From Verrucomicrobiota bacterium (lineage in GTDB: Bacteria; Verrucomicrobiota; Verrucomicrobiia; Opitutales; Coraliomargaritaceae): a stretch of DNA of 64,000 bases. The DNA is taken from positions 1-64,000 of the forward strand of contig JBCBZJ010000012.1 in the NCBI GenBank assembly GCA_039815375.1. Direction: 5' to 3'. The position numbers and the translations under genes were made by a program. Shown here one piece after another: positions 1-9,772 of the stretch (position 1 is its first letter; each line of letters opens with the position of its first letter). The notes beneath the pieces were generated by a model. The model was given only the letters and a program-made list of their open reading frames with translations. It ran no database searches and was not told the origin of the DNA.

Positions 1-2863
1 GACGACGCTCGTGCCCCCGGAAGTTGCGCTGCTGAATGCTGTTCATGTGCATCATTGCAGCGGCATAACCGAAGGACTCCATAATGTCGCCGTGGGTAAA
101 CCCGGCCTCTGCCACAACGCTATCGAGCTCCGGGCGCATCTTGTTCGTATCCGAAATAAATGGCATGACGTTGTAATATTCATTCACGTCAAAGGCCCGG
201 GCGGAGGTCGGGATGTAAGCCCCATCGGAGAGCTCACGCGCGCGCGCCTCGAACATTTGCTCCATCAGATGGCGCAGCCGAGGATGCTGCATCGAACGAT
301 CAATATCACTGACGGGCGATTTCGAACCCGGCGCAATAATCTGTTCATTCATGTAGCGGCTATCGTGAAAGAACTCATCCATCGCCTGTTTCAACAAAAG
401 CTTCCCTTTCTCGGAGTTTCCGTGTTGCTCAGCGATCGCATCGATCTTTTCGCCGAGCTCGTTCTTCAGCTCCTTCCGCGCCAGCCAAACCGCGTCATGC
501 TTGATTTCCTCGAAGAAGCTATCACGCAGCTCCTTTACACCCTGCATGAGTGGCGTCATCGCCTCAGTATTCCGCTGGTAGGCGATCACCAGGTCCATCC
601 AACTCAGCTCACCTTTGAGCAAGGCCTTGAAGAGCGCATCGGCGGTAGGCGAGCCTTCGACCACAACCTCGATATAGCGCTGCATCGCCTCGTCCTGCAT
701 CTTAATCTGCTCGCGGCTAAGATCATAGACTTCTTTGGCAAGCGCAGGGTCGGCCTGGGCGCGCTTTTTGATAAAGCCCGGCAGGCGGTTAATGAAATCG
801 GCCTGCGGCAGGAACTTGCCATCCGATGCATAAGCACCGGTCGAACTGACGGAGCGCGAGATCGCGCTGTTCACAACATTGGCGAAGAAGCTCTGGGCAT
901 CGACATTCTTTCCTTTGTAGACCTTTTCGTAGAGGGTCGTAATCGCCACTTCGGAAGCCATCCCGAGCGACTCGGTCACCCACTCTGCTGCGGTATCGCG
1001 AACGAATTTATCGGAAAGCAACCGACGAAGAACCGAAGTATCCTGATACTTTTGAAGCTGCTTCGCGAAGGCATCGCCCACTCCGCTGGAAAGAACATTG
1101 GCCTTTTCCATGATGCCGCCGAGAAGGATCGATTCGATCAGAATGGCCTCGGCATCGACCTTGCCGGACTCGGCATACTGCTTCGTCGCATCAAGTGCTG
1201 CACCCACGCCGACTTCGGTTGCCATCTTCGCCAACCAAATCGTCCGCATGCCGGCACCAGCGCGCAGGGCAAAAGCTTCGGCCATACCTGCCGCATAGCC
1301 CGGCACCAAGGTGCTGACTGCCGTAATGGCTACCGTCTTCGGTGTGATCACATCAAGGAGTGGCGCACCGGGCAGCTTCAACCCGCGCTGCGCACCTGCC
1401 GTCAGGCCGCGCACGTTCGCCTCCTTGGGCACCGCATATTCGTAACTCGTATCGACTTTCTTTACGACATAGCCAAAGGCTTCCAATAAATGACGATCAT
1501 CTTCTGAAAGCTTCTCCGGATCGTCTTCTTTGGTTGCGCGTTCGAGAACATCATGCACCGCATCAACCTCGCTCAGGTATTCCTTCACCCGCCGCTCGAC
1601 CTCTTCAAAGCTCGCATCTCCCGTTCCGAGAGCACCATTAGCTCGCAAAAGTGTGCCGAGACCTGTGTTATACCAGGACTGGTTATAGGCATTGACGAGC
1701 CAGGTGTTCACCTTCTCTTGTTCCATGCGAAGCGCACGCATCACAGCCAACATATACATGCGTGGCGATGGCTCGATACCGGTGGCGAGATAACCGAAGA
1801 TCACATGGTCGGGGTTATCATCGGCCTTTGCACGAATCCGTTTCGCTAAATCGACCCGCGAATCCTTTGGGTAAAATATACTACTGATCGGCATTGTCAC
1901 GGCAGCACTCTTTACCCGGTCCGCCAACGTCAGCGCAGAAAAGTAAGCAATCTCCTGTCGTGTTTTCCCGGCCACCAGTTTGCCATCGTCAAAGATCGGT
2001 GCGTGCGCCGCCATGCGGTTAAATTCTTCGAGGTCCACCTCGCGTTTCATTTCAAGATACCACTGGTGCAATTCTTTGGTCCGACCTGAGGGAGGCCTTA
2101 CGTTACTCGGATCTGTTTCGACCAGCCTTGCGACTGCCATCTCCAGATAGGCGGCCGTGTTCTGAAATTCATTACTTCCCTTCAGCGTGAGGTCCGCCAT
2201 CAAGGCCGCCTCATAGCGTAAACGTGCGATCCGGTAGTTCGCTTCCGCCAGCGACTTGCTTTCGCGGATATCCCATTTGTCCTTACTCGCGACCGCGGCA
2301 TCGATGCCTTTGAACGTGCCACCTGCGCGCAGCTTCACCAACAGATCCTTTGAAGCTTTCAACTCTTTCATCACCGCATCTCGAGGCGAGCTCACTGCCT
2401 GACCGAGCAGCATATCCATCGAGAGTGTGAGGTAGGCATCCTGAAGCTTTTTCAATTTGACCGCTTCCTCGGAACCCAGAGCTCCCGTCGGCTTCCCGCT
2501 GGTGATGACTCGCAGCTCGGAAACCAACGGCTTAATCTGCCGTTCCAAATCCTGTCTTAACTTCAGGCGGGCCGCCTGCACATCGTCTCGCTGCCCCTGC
2601 TGGAGCATCGGCTGAAGCCCACGCTTCTCTTCTTCCAGATCGACGATTCTTTTCTGCTCGCGCTCGATCAGCGAGGCATTTCTTAACTTGTTTCCACTGA
2701 AGACGCTAATCTTCTGCTGCGCGGTTTTAATCGACTTTTCGATCTCCGCGACTCGCTTTCGGACATCCTCGACCGACATCTCATTCGCGCCTGCGACCGA
2801 AGCCGACAAGACAAGACCTAAAACAAAAACCGAGGCCAGGCCAATAGGACGAAACTTGAGCAT
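1..2863 (-). CDS. Large exported hypothetical protein (>=954 aa, runs off left edge) with coiled-coil N-terminus and nucleotidyltransferase-like motif
   Basis: Manual translation from ATG at 2863: MLKFRPIGLASVFVLGLVLSASVAGA-NEMS (signal peptide). No stop codon in this frame down to position 2. Motif IIAPGSKSPVSDIDR at 296-340. Absent from the ORF track, probably because its stop lies outside the window. Confidence 0.85.
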   Translation of the reverse strand, partial: MLKFRPIGLASVFVLGLVLSASVAGANEMSVEDVRKRVAEIEKSIKTAQQKISVFSGNKLRNASLIEREQKRIVDLEEEKRGLQPMLQQGQRDDVQAARLKLRQDLERQIKPLVSELRVITSGKPTGALGSEEAVKLKKLQDAYLTLSMDMLLGQAVSSPRDAVMKELKASKDLLVKLRAGGTFKGIDAAVASKDKWDIRESKSLAEANYRIARLRYEAALMADLTLKGSNEFQNTAAYLEMAVARLVETDPSNVRPPSGRTKELHQWYLEMKREVDLEEFNRMAAHAPIFDDGKLVAGKTRQEIAYFSALTLADRVKSAAVTMPISSIFYPKDSRVDLAKRIRAKADDNPDHVIFGYLATGIEPSPRMYMLAVMRALRMEQEKVNTWLVNAYNQSWYNTGLGTLLRANGALGTGDASFEEVERRVKEYLSEVDAVHDVLERATKEDDPEKLSEDDRHLLEAFGYVVKKVDTSYEYAVPKEANVRGLTAGAQRGLKLPGAPLLDVITPKTVAITAVSTLVPGYAAGMAEAFALRAGAGMRTIWLAKMATEVGVGAALDATKQYAESGKVDAEAILIESILLGGIMEKANVLSSGVGDAFAKQLQKYQDTSVLRRLLSDKFVRDTAAEWVTESLGMASEVAITTLYEKVYKGKNVDAQSFFANVVNSAISRSVSSTGAYASDGKFLPQADFINRLPGFIKKRAQADPALAKEVYDLSREQIKMQDEAMQRYIEVVVEGSPTADALFKALLKGELSWMDLVIAYQRNTEAMTPLMQGVKELRDSFFEEIKHDAVWLARKELKNELGEKIDAIAEQHGNSEKGKLLLKQAMDEFFHDSRYMNEQIIAPGSKSPVSDIDRSMQHPRLRHLMEQMFEARARELSDGAYIPTSARAFDVNEYYNVMPFISDTNKMRPELDSVVAEAGFTHGDIMESFGYAAAMMHMNSIQQRNFRGHERR

Positions 2864-2871
2864 CTGAATCT

Positions 2872-3528
2872 CTATTCGGAACTCGATCCAACCACCGCCT
2901 CGTAGACCGCATCCGTCACCACCGGAACTGCGTAGCGGTAGGGCAAGCCCTCACTCTCCAGGTAAAGACCCAGTGCGGCCCGCGTCTCCTGATCAATCAC
3001 CCCGTCAACCAGTCCCGGCGGAAATCCCTTAGCCTTGAGAGCGGCCTCGAAAAGTCGACCCGCGTCGCGGCTGATGACTTTTTCAAGAATGTATACAGGA
3101 CTGCCACTGGATCTTGGAATCAATCCGACTCGAGTATCCACCCAGTAGATTTCGCCAACCGTAACGCCGTCGGAGACATAGCGGCTTGCGAACCGAACAT
3201 CAGCGGCAGCCTGCAGACCAAAATACACATCTGCAAAGATCGGATCACCCATACTCAACGCACTAGCCTGTAATGGCACCTCAATCCAGTCTGCGTAGAC
3301 CTTGCCATCGATCCATTGCAGCTGCTCACTGACAACCAACTGGTCGCCCTTTCCAGGGCCTGGAGCCCGAGGTGATCCTGCGGGCATGGCAACATCGCCC
3401 GGCTTACGAACTGCCACGATCTCAAAGACTTCATCCGACGCCGATGGACTCACCGAGCGACAGCCCGATAGGCCTATCATCAACGCACAGAGGAAAATAC
3501 CATAGACGAATTGTTTCTGCATCCACAT
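2872..3528 (-). CDS. Lipoprotein with C-terminal peptidoglycan-binding (PG_binding_1-like) domain
   Basis: Lipobox IGLSG-C; LKAKGFPPGLVDGVIDQETRAAL matches the PG-binding helix motif; start moved to MWMQKQ. Confidence 0.7.
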   Translation of the reverse strand: MWMQKQFVYGIFLCALMIGLSGCRSVSPSASDEVFEIVAVRKPGDVAMPAGSPRAPGPGKGDQLVVSEQLQWIDGKVYADWIEVPLQASALSMGDPIFADVYFGLQAAADVRFASRYVSDGVTVGEIYWVDTRVGLIPRSSGSPVYILEKVISRDAGRLFEAALKAKGFPPGLVDGVIDQETRAALGLYLESEGLPYRYAVPVVTDAVYEAVVGSSSE

Positions 3529-3711
3529 GATAGAAGAAGGAATCAGAAATAAATGAACTATTTTTACGACTTGGGCCAGACAAAGACTCAATCAATTTGC
3601 CGGACCTGCGATAGCAACTTTGGCATAACCCGGACCGGTGCCATGATAGACTCAAATGACAGCAGCGAGGCACAATGGATCGAAAGTTGCCGCTCCGGGT
3701 CAAAATAATTT

Positions 3712-4089
3712 ATGCCTGTTATCGCCAGCTACACCAAACTCGAAGACGCCCATCTGGCCGTCTCGAAGCTCGCCGGAAGCGGTGTGGACGCTTGGCTGCG
3801 CGACGAAGCAACGGCCAATATCTATTGGCTCTATTCGAATGCAATCGGCGGTGTGAAAGTCGAGGTCTTCGAGGAAGACGTCGAGCGCGCAAGCGAGATC
3901 CTTGAGCTGCCCAAAGAAGCAAGCGGACTGCTCACCTGCCCACATTGCGGCTCAGAAAACGTCCGCCTGCGGGAAATGAACTTCGGCGCCTTGCTGCTGC
4001 TGGTCTTTGCCAATCTCATTTCGCCGATCAAGAGCCGCCACGCCGACTGCAGCGACTGCGGGAAGTCTTTTGAATTGCCTCTTCAATGA
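3712..4089 (+). CDS. DUF2007-type putative signal-transducing protein with Zn ribbon
   Basis: AHLAVSKLAGSGVDAWLRDE...GGVKVEV; CPHCGS and CSDCG. Confidence 0.7.
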   Translation: MPVIASYTKLEDAHLAVSKLAGSGVDAWLRDEATANIYWLYSNAIGGVKVEVFEEDVERASEILELPKEASGLLTCPHCGSENVRLREMNFGALLLLVFANLISPIKSRHADCSDCGKSFELPLQ

Positions 4090-4205
4090 GCCGGTTTACC
4101 ATTGATTTACAAGGACTTAAGGGAAATAACCTATCCTTATCCTACATGATGAACTGGACGCTATTTTTTTTGACACTTTTACTTTTATAAGACGATATTG
4201 TAAGA

Positions 4206-7200
4206 GTGCGAAGCTCCCCTAATCCATACCCCTCGCTCGCTCGTTTCGCTATTTCTATAATCGCTGGAACAGCACCGGCACTGGCTATTGACAACAATAG
4301 CAACGGACTCAGCGATATCTGGGAGCAGCGCTTCGACGCAGGCAGCCTGACGCAGCTGGGCGATGAAGACGGCGACGGCTACAACAATGTCGAAGAATGT
4401 ATCGCAGGCACCGATCCATTCGACTCGGCAAGTCGGCCGTTCCTCAATCCGGCTGTCATGGATGAGGGCAAAGAGGACTTCCTCTGCCTCGCCTTCGACA
4501 CAGTGGAGGGAAAGCACTACCTTGTTCGTAGTACATTCGACCTCGCTGACGGCTTTGAACAGTTGGGCCAAGGTTGGTTTGGCGATGCCAAGAAGCGCGA
4601 TATCTTTTACAGCGACGACGAAACCTACAAGACACGGAGCCCGGCGCGGTTCGAGTTCTGGGCCGACGTAAGCGGGAGTTCAATCGAAGCAATCGACAAC
4701 TTGGCCAACTACACGGATGAACCCGATGGAGTGCTCTACAATGGCACCCCCTCCGCACCGAGCTTTCTGGCTACCGGTTACGCGGCCCGGATGACAACCG
4801 CGATCACGGTTTCCACCACCGGTTACTATCGGCTCTACCTCTCCTCTGGCGGACCCGCCGAACTCTACATGGCGACCGAAATCGATGGAAACGCACAAGA
4901 CAAGATTGCCGAAGTGCTGCCTACCCAGACAGGACTCGAGCCGGGCGAATGGACGACCTATGGCACACAGCAGACGGACCTGATTCTCTTCGAAGCAGAC
5001 AAAGCCTACCGGATCGAAATGCGCTACCTTGCAAATGTCCCATCTCAACATTGCGCGATTGCCTGGTCGGGCCCGGGGATCTCCGGAATCGAAGAAATTG
5101 GCTACGAGGACCTGGCACAGACCATCTTCCGTAACAAATACATTCCACGAACCGCCCTCTTGGAACACGATTACGATAGCTCCGGCCAAACCAGCACCCT
5201 ATGGCCGGAAAACACTGCCATTCAAGGGGCCCTGGTTGGCATGACAGGGAATGTCGAGCGGCTTACAGGCGATCCGGGCAATAGCTCTGCCGAGCGCATC
5301 GTCTTTAATAGCGGCAGCAGCGACCATCTTTACGCTACCTGGCTATATAATATGGCGACTGGCCACAACGACATGAACCTCCTCTTTATGGATGGAAGCG
5401 ATAGTTCAAAAGAAGGCCCGCGTATCGCACTCGAAGAACGCAGCTCAAATACGATTGCAGCCGTCCGGGCAGGCGGTTCCGGAGGCGATGAGGTGCAGAT
5501 CGATACACGCTTTGATCATAGCTATCGTGTCGAAATTGTCGCGACGGTTGCTGATGAAGGATTTCAATACGCAACGCCTGAAGGCTTCGTAAACGTCGAA
5601 AAAGACCGCTTCGACATTTACGTAAGTGATATGAGCTCGCACCTGATTGGGAGCGCAAAAGGCCTGACGTTCCGAGACGGATCAGACGTCCTGAATGGAT
5701 TTAGCGTGATGCAGGCAACCTTTTTCAATTCGCCTTTGGATATCGCCTTCGACGATTTTGAAATCACCAGCGGCCACATCTCCGGATCAGGCTATCTTGT
5801 CGCGAATCATACTGTGCCCGCACCCGCAGACGCGAAGCAATTCTACAAACTCGATATCAACGAAGTCGATCAAGACGGAGATGGCCTCCCCGACTGGGAA
5901 GAGCTTGCACTGGCAGAGTTCAACGAAGTCCTCTTCTTCGACGCGGAGACCAACAACGGCACCTCCGATGTAGACACCCTCAATGCTTTGCTTGGCGACT
6001 CACAGGGCCTGCCCGACGTCATGCTCTACGGAACCGATGCCGATGCCTACGAAAGCAATTTTCCAAATACTATTCCGAATAACGCCGAAATCACGCTTAC
6101 CCGCACCGGGACCCTCGCCCCACTCGAGGTCAAACTCTGCATTGTCCCTCTGGAAAATACCGGAAACGTCAACACCGTCTGCGATGGCTCATGCTGCATG
6201 CTAATCGGCAGCGCCGGCGACGAGGAAGTCGAGCTGGAAGACTACCAACTGATCGACGAAGATGGAAACATCATCGCCGACACCGTCCAATTCGGCTTCG
6301 GTGAGATGGAAAAAGTCCTCACTGTTCGAGCAGTCAACGACGCGATCAACGAATACCCGGAAACTCTCAATATCGCGGTAGAGGACTCAGCTGACAATAG
6401 CTACACCACATCAGAGCTACTCAACGGCGCATCAATCCAGATCTTCGACCTACCCGACAGCCCGGACAATATTTCCATCTTTACCGGTACCTTTTCGCAG
6501 GACGGAAACGCCGTCATCGCGACAAACGGTTCAGGCTTCGTCACCGTCACTATAAACGGTCCGCGCACCGAAATCCGTATCTGGGATGAATTCTCCGGCC
6601 TGACTTCAGCTCAACAGGACTCTCACATCCACAAGGCCAACCCAGGCAACACACCCGGCCCGATCACCTACTCCATCACCGAGACACCAGGTGACGAAAC
6701 AACCGATCCACTAAACGGCCCTTTGGTCAGTTATCCCTGGGTCCTCACAGAGTCCTCGGGTGCGGTTCCGACCGCCGGCGGCAGCGCATCGAAACAGGTT
6801 CTGATTGATTCACTATTTGGCCAGAACGGAGAAACTCCGCTCTACCTCAATGTCCACACCGTCGACAATCCCGCAGGCGAAATCTGGGCTTTCCTCGGCA
6901 TCTCCGGAGGCAGCGCCACAGACCCTGGTGACGCCGCTGCTCCTGCAGCTCCAGGTTCGGCCGAATATCCCCAGCTTTCCGGCGATCTACTCAAATCTGA
7001 AGTCCGCCGATTCCTCAATCAAGCAACCTTCGGTGCAACCGATGCGGAAGTCGCCAGCCTTCTCCAAACCATCGAGCAAGCCCGCATCGGCAACTCCAGC
7101 TACCATCGAAACAACGCCTTTGCCGAATGGATCGACGCCCAAATCAACACCGTCGACCAAACCTACATGCTCGAATACACTCTCGCGTCGCACTACCAAT

Positions 7201-9767
7201 TCATGACGCTTGCGAATATTTTCGATCCGACGCTCAACCCGCCCCAGCAGGACTGGAACACTCCGCTTAGACCAACCCAATGGCCCGTCATTAACCGCGA
7301 CGATCCAAATCCCGAGCACTGGTATCTCGACGCCACCTATCCGGTCGAACGAAACGACTTCCGGCTGGCTGGAGCCAACGGCTTGAACGCCGAACCTGGA
7401 AACACCCAGCGCCGCGAAGCCCACTGGCAACTCATGATCAATGCCCACGATCAACTACGTCAGAAGATGGGCTTCGCCCTGCAACAGATCGCCGTGGTCA
7501 GCGACACACTTCAGGCAATCCGAGACACACCCTATGGTAGCACCAACTATCAGGACATGCTCAACACTTACGCCTTCGAGCACTACCGCGACGTCCTCGG
7601 CTTCGTCAACTGGAGCCCGCTGATGGGTAAATGGCTCTCCAGCCTGCAAAACCAAAAGGCTATCGATTTCGATGAAGATGGCCTCTACGATGCCTTCCCC
7701 GACGAAAATCTCGCACGCGAGAATATGCAGCTTTTCTCCATCGGCCTATTCGATCTCTGGAGCGACGGCACCCTCAAGCTCAGTCCCGAAGGCCTCCCCC
7801 GTGCCACCTATACGAACGACGATATCCGTGAGTTTGCCAAGGTCCTGACCGGTCAAAGCTTCAGCCGCCACAATGGTTACTTCGACACTTGGGGCGGCAC
7901 ACCCTTCGTCGCCGACAATACCAACTTTGCCGCCAATCAGGGCTCTTACGGCGTGCTCGGCCTGGCCTATCTCTACCCAATGAAGATGTTCGGCGACTTT
8001 CACTCAACCGGCCCGAAAACCTTTGCTGGCGTCACAGTCGACAATACCGGCCTCACCGACCTCACCCAACAGGGTATAGCCGATATCGAAGCCGCCATCG
8101 ACTGGCTCGCCGGTAAGCCCGACGATGGCCTCCCCGACTACGATATGGTCAACAGCCACGTCAGCACACCAGCCTTTATCTCCCGCCGCCTTATACAGCG
8201 CTTCACCACTTCGAACCCATCGCAGGATTACCTCCACCGTGTCGCCAGTGCCTTCAAAAACAGTGAAGGTGACCTCGGGCAAACTATCCGCGCTATCCTG
8301 CTCGACCCCGAGGCGCGGAATATCGACATCAACGAAACTACTTTCGGCCTGAAGAAGTCGCCGCTTGAAGGCTACCTGCAGTTGCTCCGTTCACTCGAAG
8401 CCTACACCTACATTCCGATGACCGATCCGGAGGGAGCTTCGCCCTTCGACCAAGCACCCGGCGACTTCAGCAACCCTGATCTCTATCTAGGCACCTTCGA
8501 CTATCCCTCCGATCAGCTCGATAACCACTCCCGCAATGTCCGCTTCAAGCCGGGCAGCACGATTAGCTCATTCTCGCGCGGGCTGCAGATGGATCCTTTC
8601 AGCCAGGTCACGGTATTCAACTACTACCTGCCCGACTACTCACCCGGAGGTGTTATCGGAAATGCCGGTTTGGTTTCTCCGGAAATGCAACTCGCCACCG
8701 AACCCGACATTATTCGCAACATCAATTATTTTGAGGATATCATCCGCTCCACCACCGGTCCCTTCGGCGACGAGCTAGGCGGCAACAATGCAAACCAGAT
8801 CGCTGCCTTTGGCGGCGACAGCGAAGCATCTAGCAATGACGGACAGCGTCTTGCCCGCCAAGCCCTTGCGGATGCCTTCTACCCCGCAACCGAGCCTGCC
8901 TCTCAACTCACGACCGAAGCCAGCGGCCTGACTGAGTCTGCCTACGGTTCAAGCGCCTCTGCCCCGTATTGGGTCCGCCTCAGCCGGACTGGAGATGTCT
9001 TTGTCACCAGCGAATCATCCGATGGCGTAAACTGGACGCAAGTGAGCGTCGAGATCTTGCAGATGGCCGAAGAGGTCTTCATCGGACTCGCCACTACCAG
9101 CCATAACGACGGCACCCTCACCACCGCTGAATTTTCAAACGTCACTGTTACCGGCGGCGAAGGCAATTGGTTCAACACCGACGTCGGCGACGTGTCTGCA
9201 AGTGGCTCAACCTCTTCGACCGGAGCAAATTCCTTTGAGCTGCAAGCCTCTGGCAACGATATTTGGAATAGCAACGACGAATTCCACTTTGCTTACCAAT
9301 TGCTCGATGGTGATGCAGAAGTCATTACCCGTGTGGATAGTTTGCAAGTGACAAACCCGTGGGCCAAAGCCGGCGTCATGATCCGTGAAACACTCAAATC
9401 CGACTCTGCCAACGTCTTCATGTATGTGAGTGGGTCCAACGGCACGCGTGCTCAGATCCGTCGCGTCGAGCGAGGCCGCAGCAGCGAATCCATCGCCGAC
9501 GAGGCTTTACTTGACGAGCTGGACGACCGCCTTACCAACGGCCTCTTCAGGGTGCGCTATCCTTACGACATGACCGACAACGACGACCCCAACGTCCACG
9601 GGCTGGACGACCGCCTCAAAAACCCACGCGAGATGATTATCGACGCGCTGACCAACGCCTACGGTGATCCCTACAACGGTTCCAACGATGACTCGGACCG
9701 GCTCAACAAGTTCTCCGATGCGCTCTACCTCCTGACCTTCTCACCCGAGTATCAAATCAAAAAGTAA
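4206..9767 (+). CDS. Giant secreted DUF1800-family protein (Ca-binding repeats, PA14-like, Calx-beta-like, CHRD, DUF1800, lectin-like insert)
   Basis: RRFLNQATFG, DQLRQKMGFAL, PDENLARENMQLFSIGL, PAFISRRLIQRFTTSNPS, SPEYQIKK; CHRD-like SHIH...LYLNVHTVDNPAGEI; DGDGLPDWEE. Confidence 0.85.
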   Translation: MRSSPNPYPSLARFAISIIAGTAPALAIDNNSNGLSDIWEQRFDAGSLTQLGDEDGDGYNNVEECIAGTDPFDSASRPFLNPAVMDEGKEDFLCLAFDTVEGKHYLVRSTFDLADGFEQLGQGWFGDAKKRDIFYSDDETYKTRSPARFEFWADVSGSSIEAIDNLANYTDEPDGVLYNGTPSAPSFLATGYAARMTTAITVSTTGYYRLYLSSGGPAELYMATEIDGNAQDKIAEVLPTQTGLEPGEWTTYGTQQTDLILFEADKAYRIEMRYLANVPSQHCAIAWSGPGISGIEEIGYEDLAQTIFRNKYIPRTALLEHDYDSSGQTSTLWPENTAIQGALVGMTGNVERLTGDPGNSSAERIVFNSGSSDHLYATWLYNMATGHNDMNLLFMDGSDSSKEGPRIALEERSSNTIAAVRAGGSGGDEVQIDTRFDHSYRVEIVATVADEGFQYATPEGFVNVEKDRFDIYVSDMSSHLIGSAKGLTFRDGSDVLNGFSVMQATFFNSPLDIAFDDFEITSGHISGSGYLVANHTVPAPADAKQFYKLDINEVDQDGDGLPDWEELALAEFNEVLFFDAETNNGTSDVDTLNALLGDSQGLPDVMLYGTDADAYESNFPNTIPNNAEITLTRTGTLAPLEVKLCIVPLENTGNVNTVCDGSCCMLIGSAGDEEVELEDYQLIDEDGNIIADTVQFGFGEMEKVLTVRAVNDAINEYPETLNIAVEDSADNSYTTSELLNGASIQIFDLPDSPDNISIFTGTFSQDGNAVIATNGSGFVTVTINGPRTEIRIWDEFSGLTSAQQDSHIHKANPGNTPGPITYSITETPGDETTDPLNGPLVSYPWVLTESSGAVPTAGGSASKQVLIDSLFGQNGETPLYLNVHTVDNPAGEIWAFLGISGGSATDPGDAAAPAAPGSAEYPQLSGDLLKSEVRRFLNQATFGATDAEVASLLQTIEQARIGNSSYHRNNAFAEWIDAQINTVDQTYMLEYTLASHYQFMTLANIFDPTLNPPQQDWNTPLRPTQWPVINRDDPNPEHWYLDATYPVERNDFRLAGANGLNAEPGNTQRREAHWQLMINAHDQLRQKMGFALQQIAVVSDTLQAIRDTPYGSTNYQDMLNTYAFEHYRDVLGFVNWSPLMGKWLSSLQNQKAIDFDEDGLYDAFPDENLARENMQLFSIGLFDLWSDGTLKLSPEGLPRATYTNDDIREFAKVLTGQSFSRHNGYFDTWGGTPFVADNTNFAANQGSYGVLGLAYLYPMKMFGDFHSTGPKTFAGVTVDNTGLTDLTQQGIADIEAAIDWLAGKPDDGLPDYDMVNSHVSTPAFISRRLIQRFTTSNPSQDYLHRVASAFKNSEGDLGQTIRAILLDPEARNIDINETTFGLKKSPLEGYLQLLRSLEAYTYIPMTDPEGASPFDQAPGDFSNPDLYLGTFDYPSDQLDNHSRNVRFKPGSTISSFSRGLQMDPFSQVTVFNYYLPDYSPGGVIGNAGLVSPEMQLATEPDIIRNINYFEDIIRSTTGPFGDELGGNNANQIAAFGGDSEASSNDGQRLARQALADAFYPATEPASQLTTEASGLTESAYGSSASAPYWVRLSRTGDVFVTSESSDGVNWTQVSVEILQMAEEVFIGLATTSHNDGTLTTAEFSNVTVTGGEGNWFNTDVGDVSASGSTSSTGANSFELQASGNDIWNSNDEFHFAYQLLDGDAEVITRVDSLQVTNPWAKAGVMIRETLKSDSANVFMYVSGSNGTRAQIRRVERGRSSESIADEALLDELDDRLTNGLFRVRYPYDMTDNDDPNVHGLDDRLKNPREMIIDALTNAYGDPYNGSNDDSDRLNKFSDALYLLTFSPEYQIKK

Positions 9768-9772
9768 ACGCC

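Noticed and set aside
11..1489. 492-aa + strand ORF
   Set aside because: In-register antisense shadow of the longer minus-strand ORF 2863-1, which has a signal peptide and natural composition
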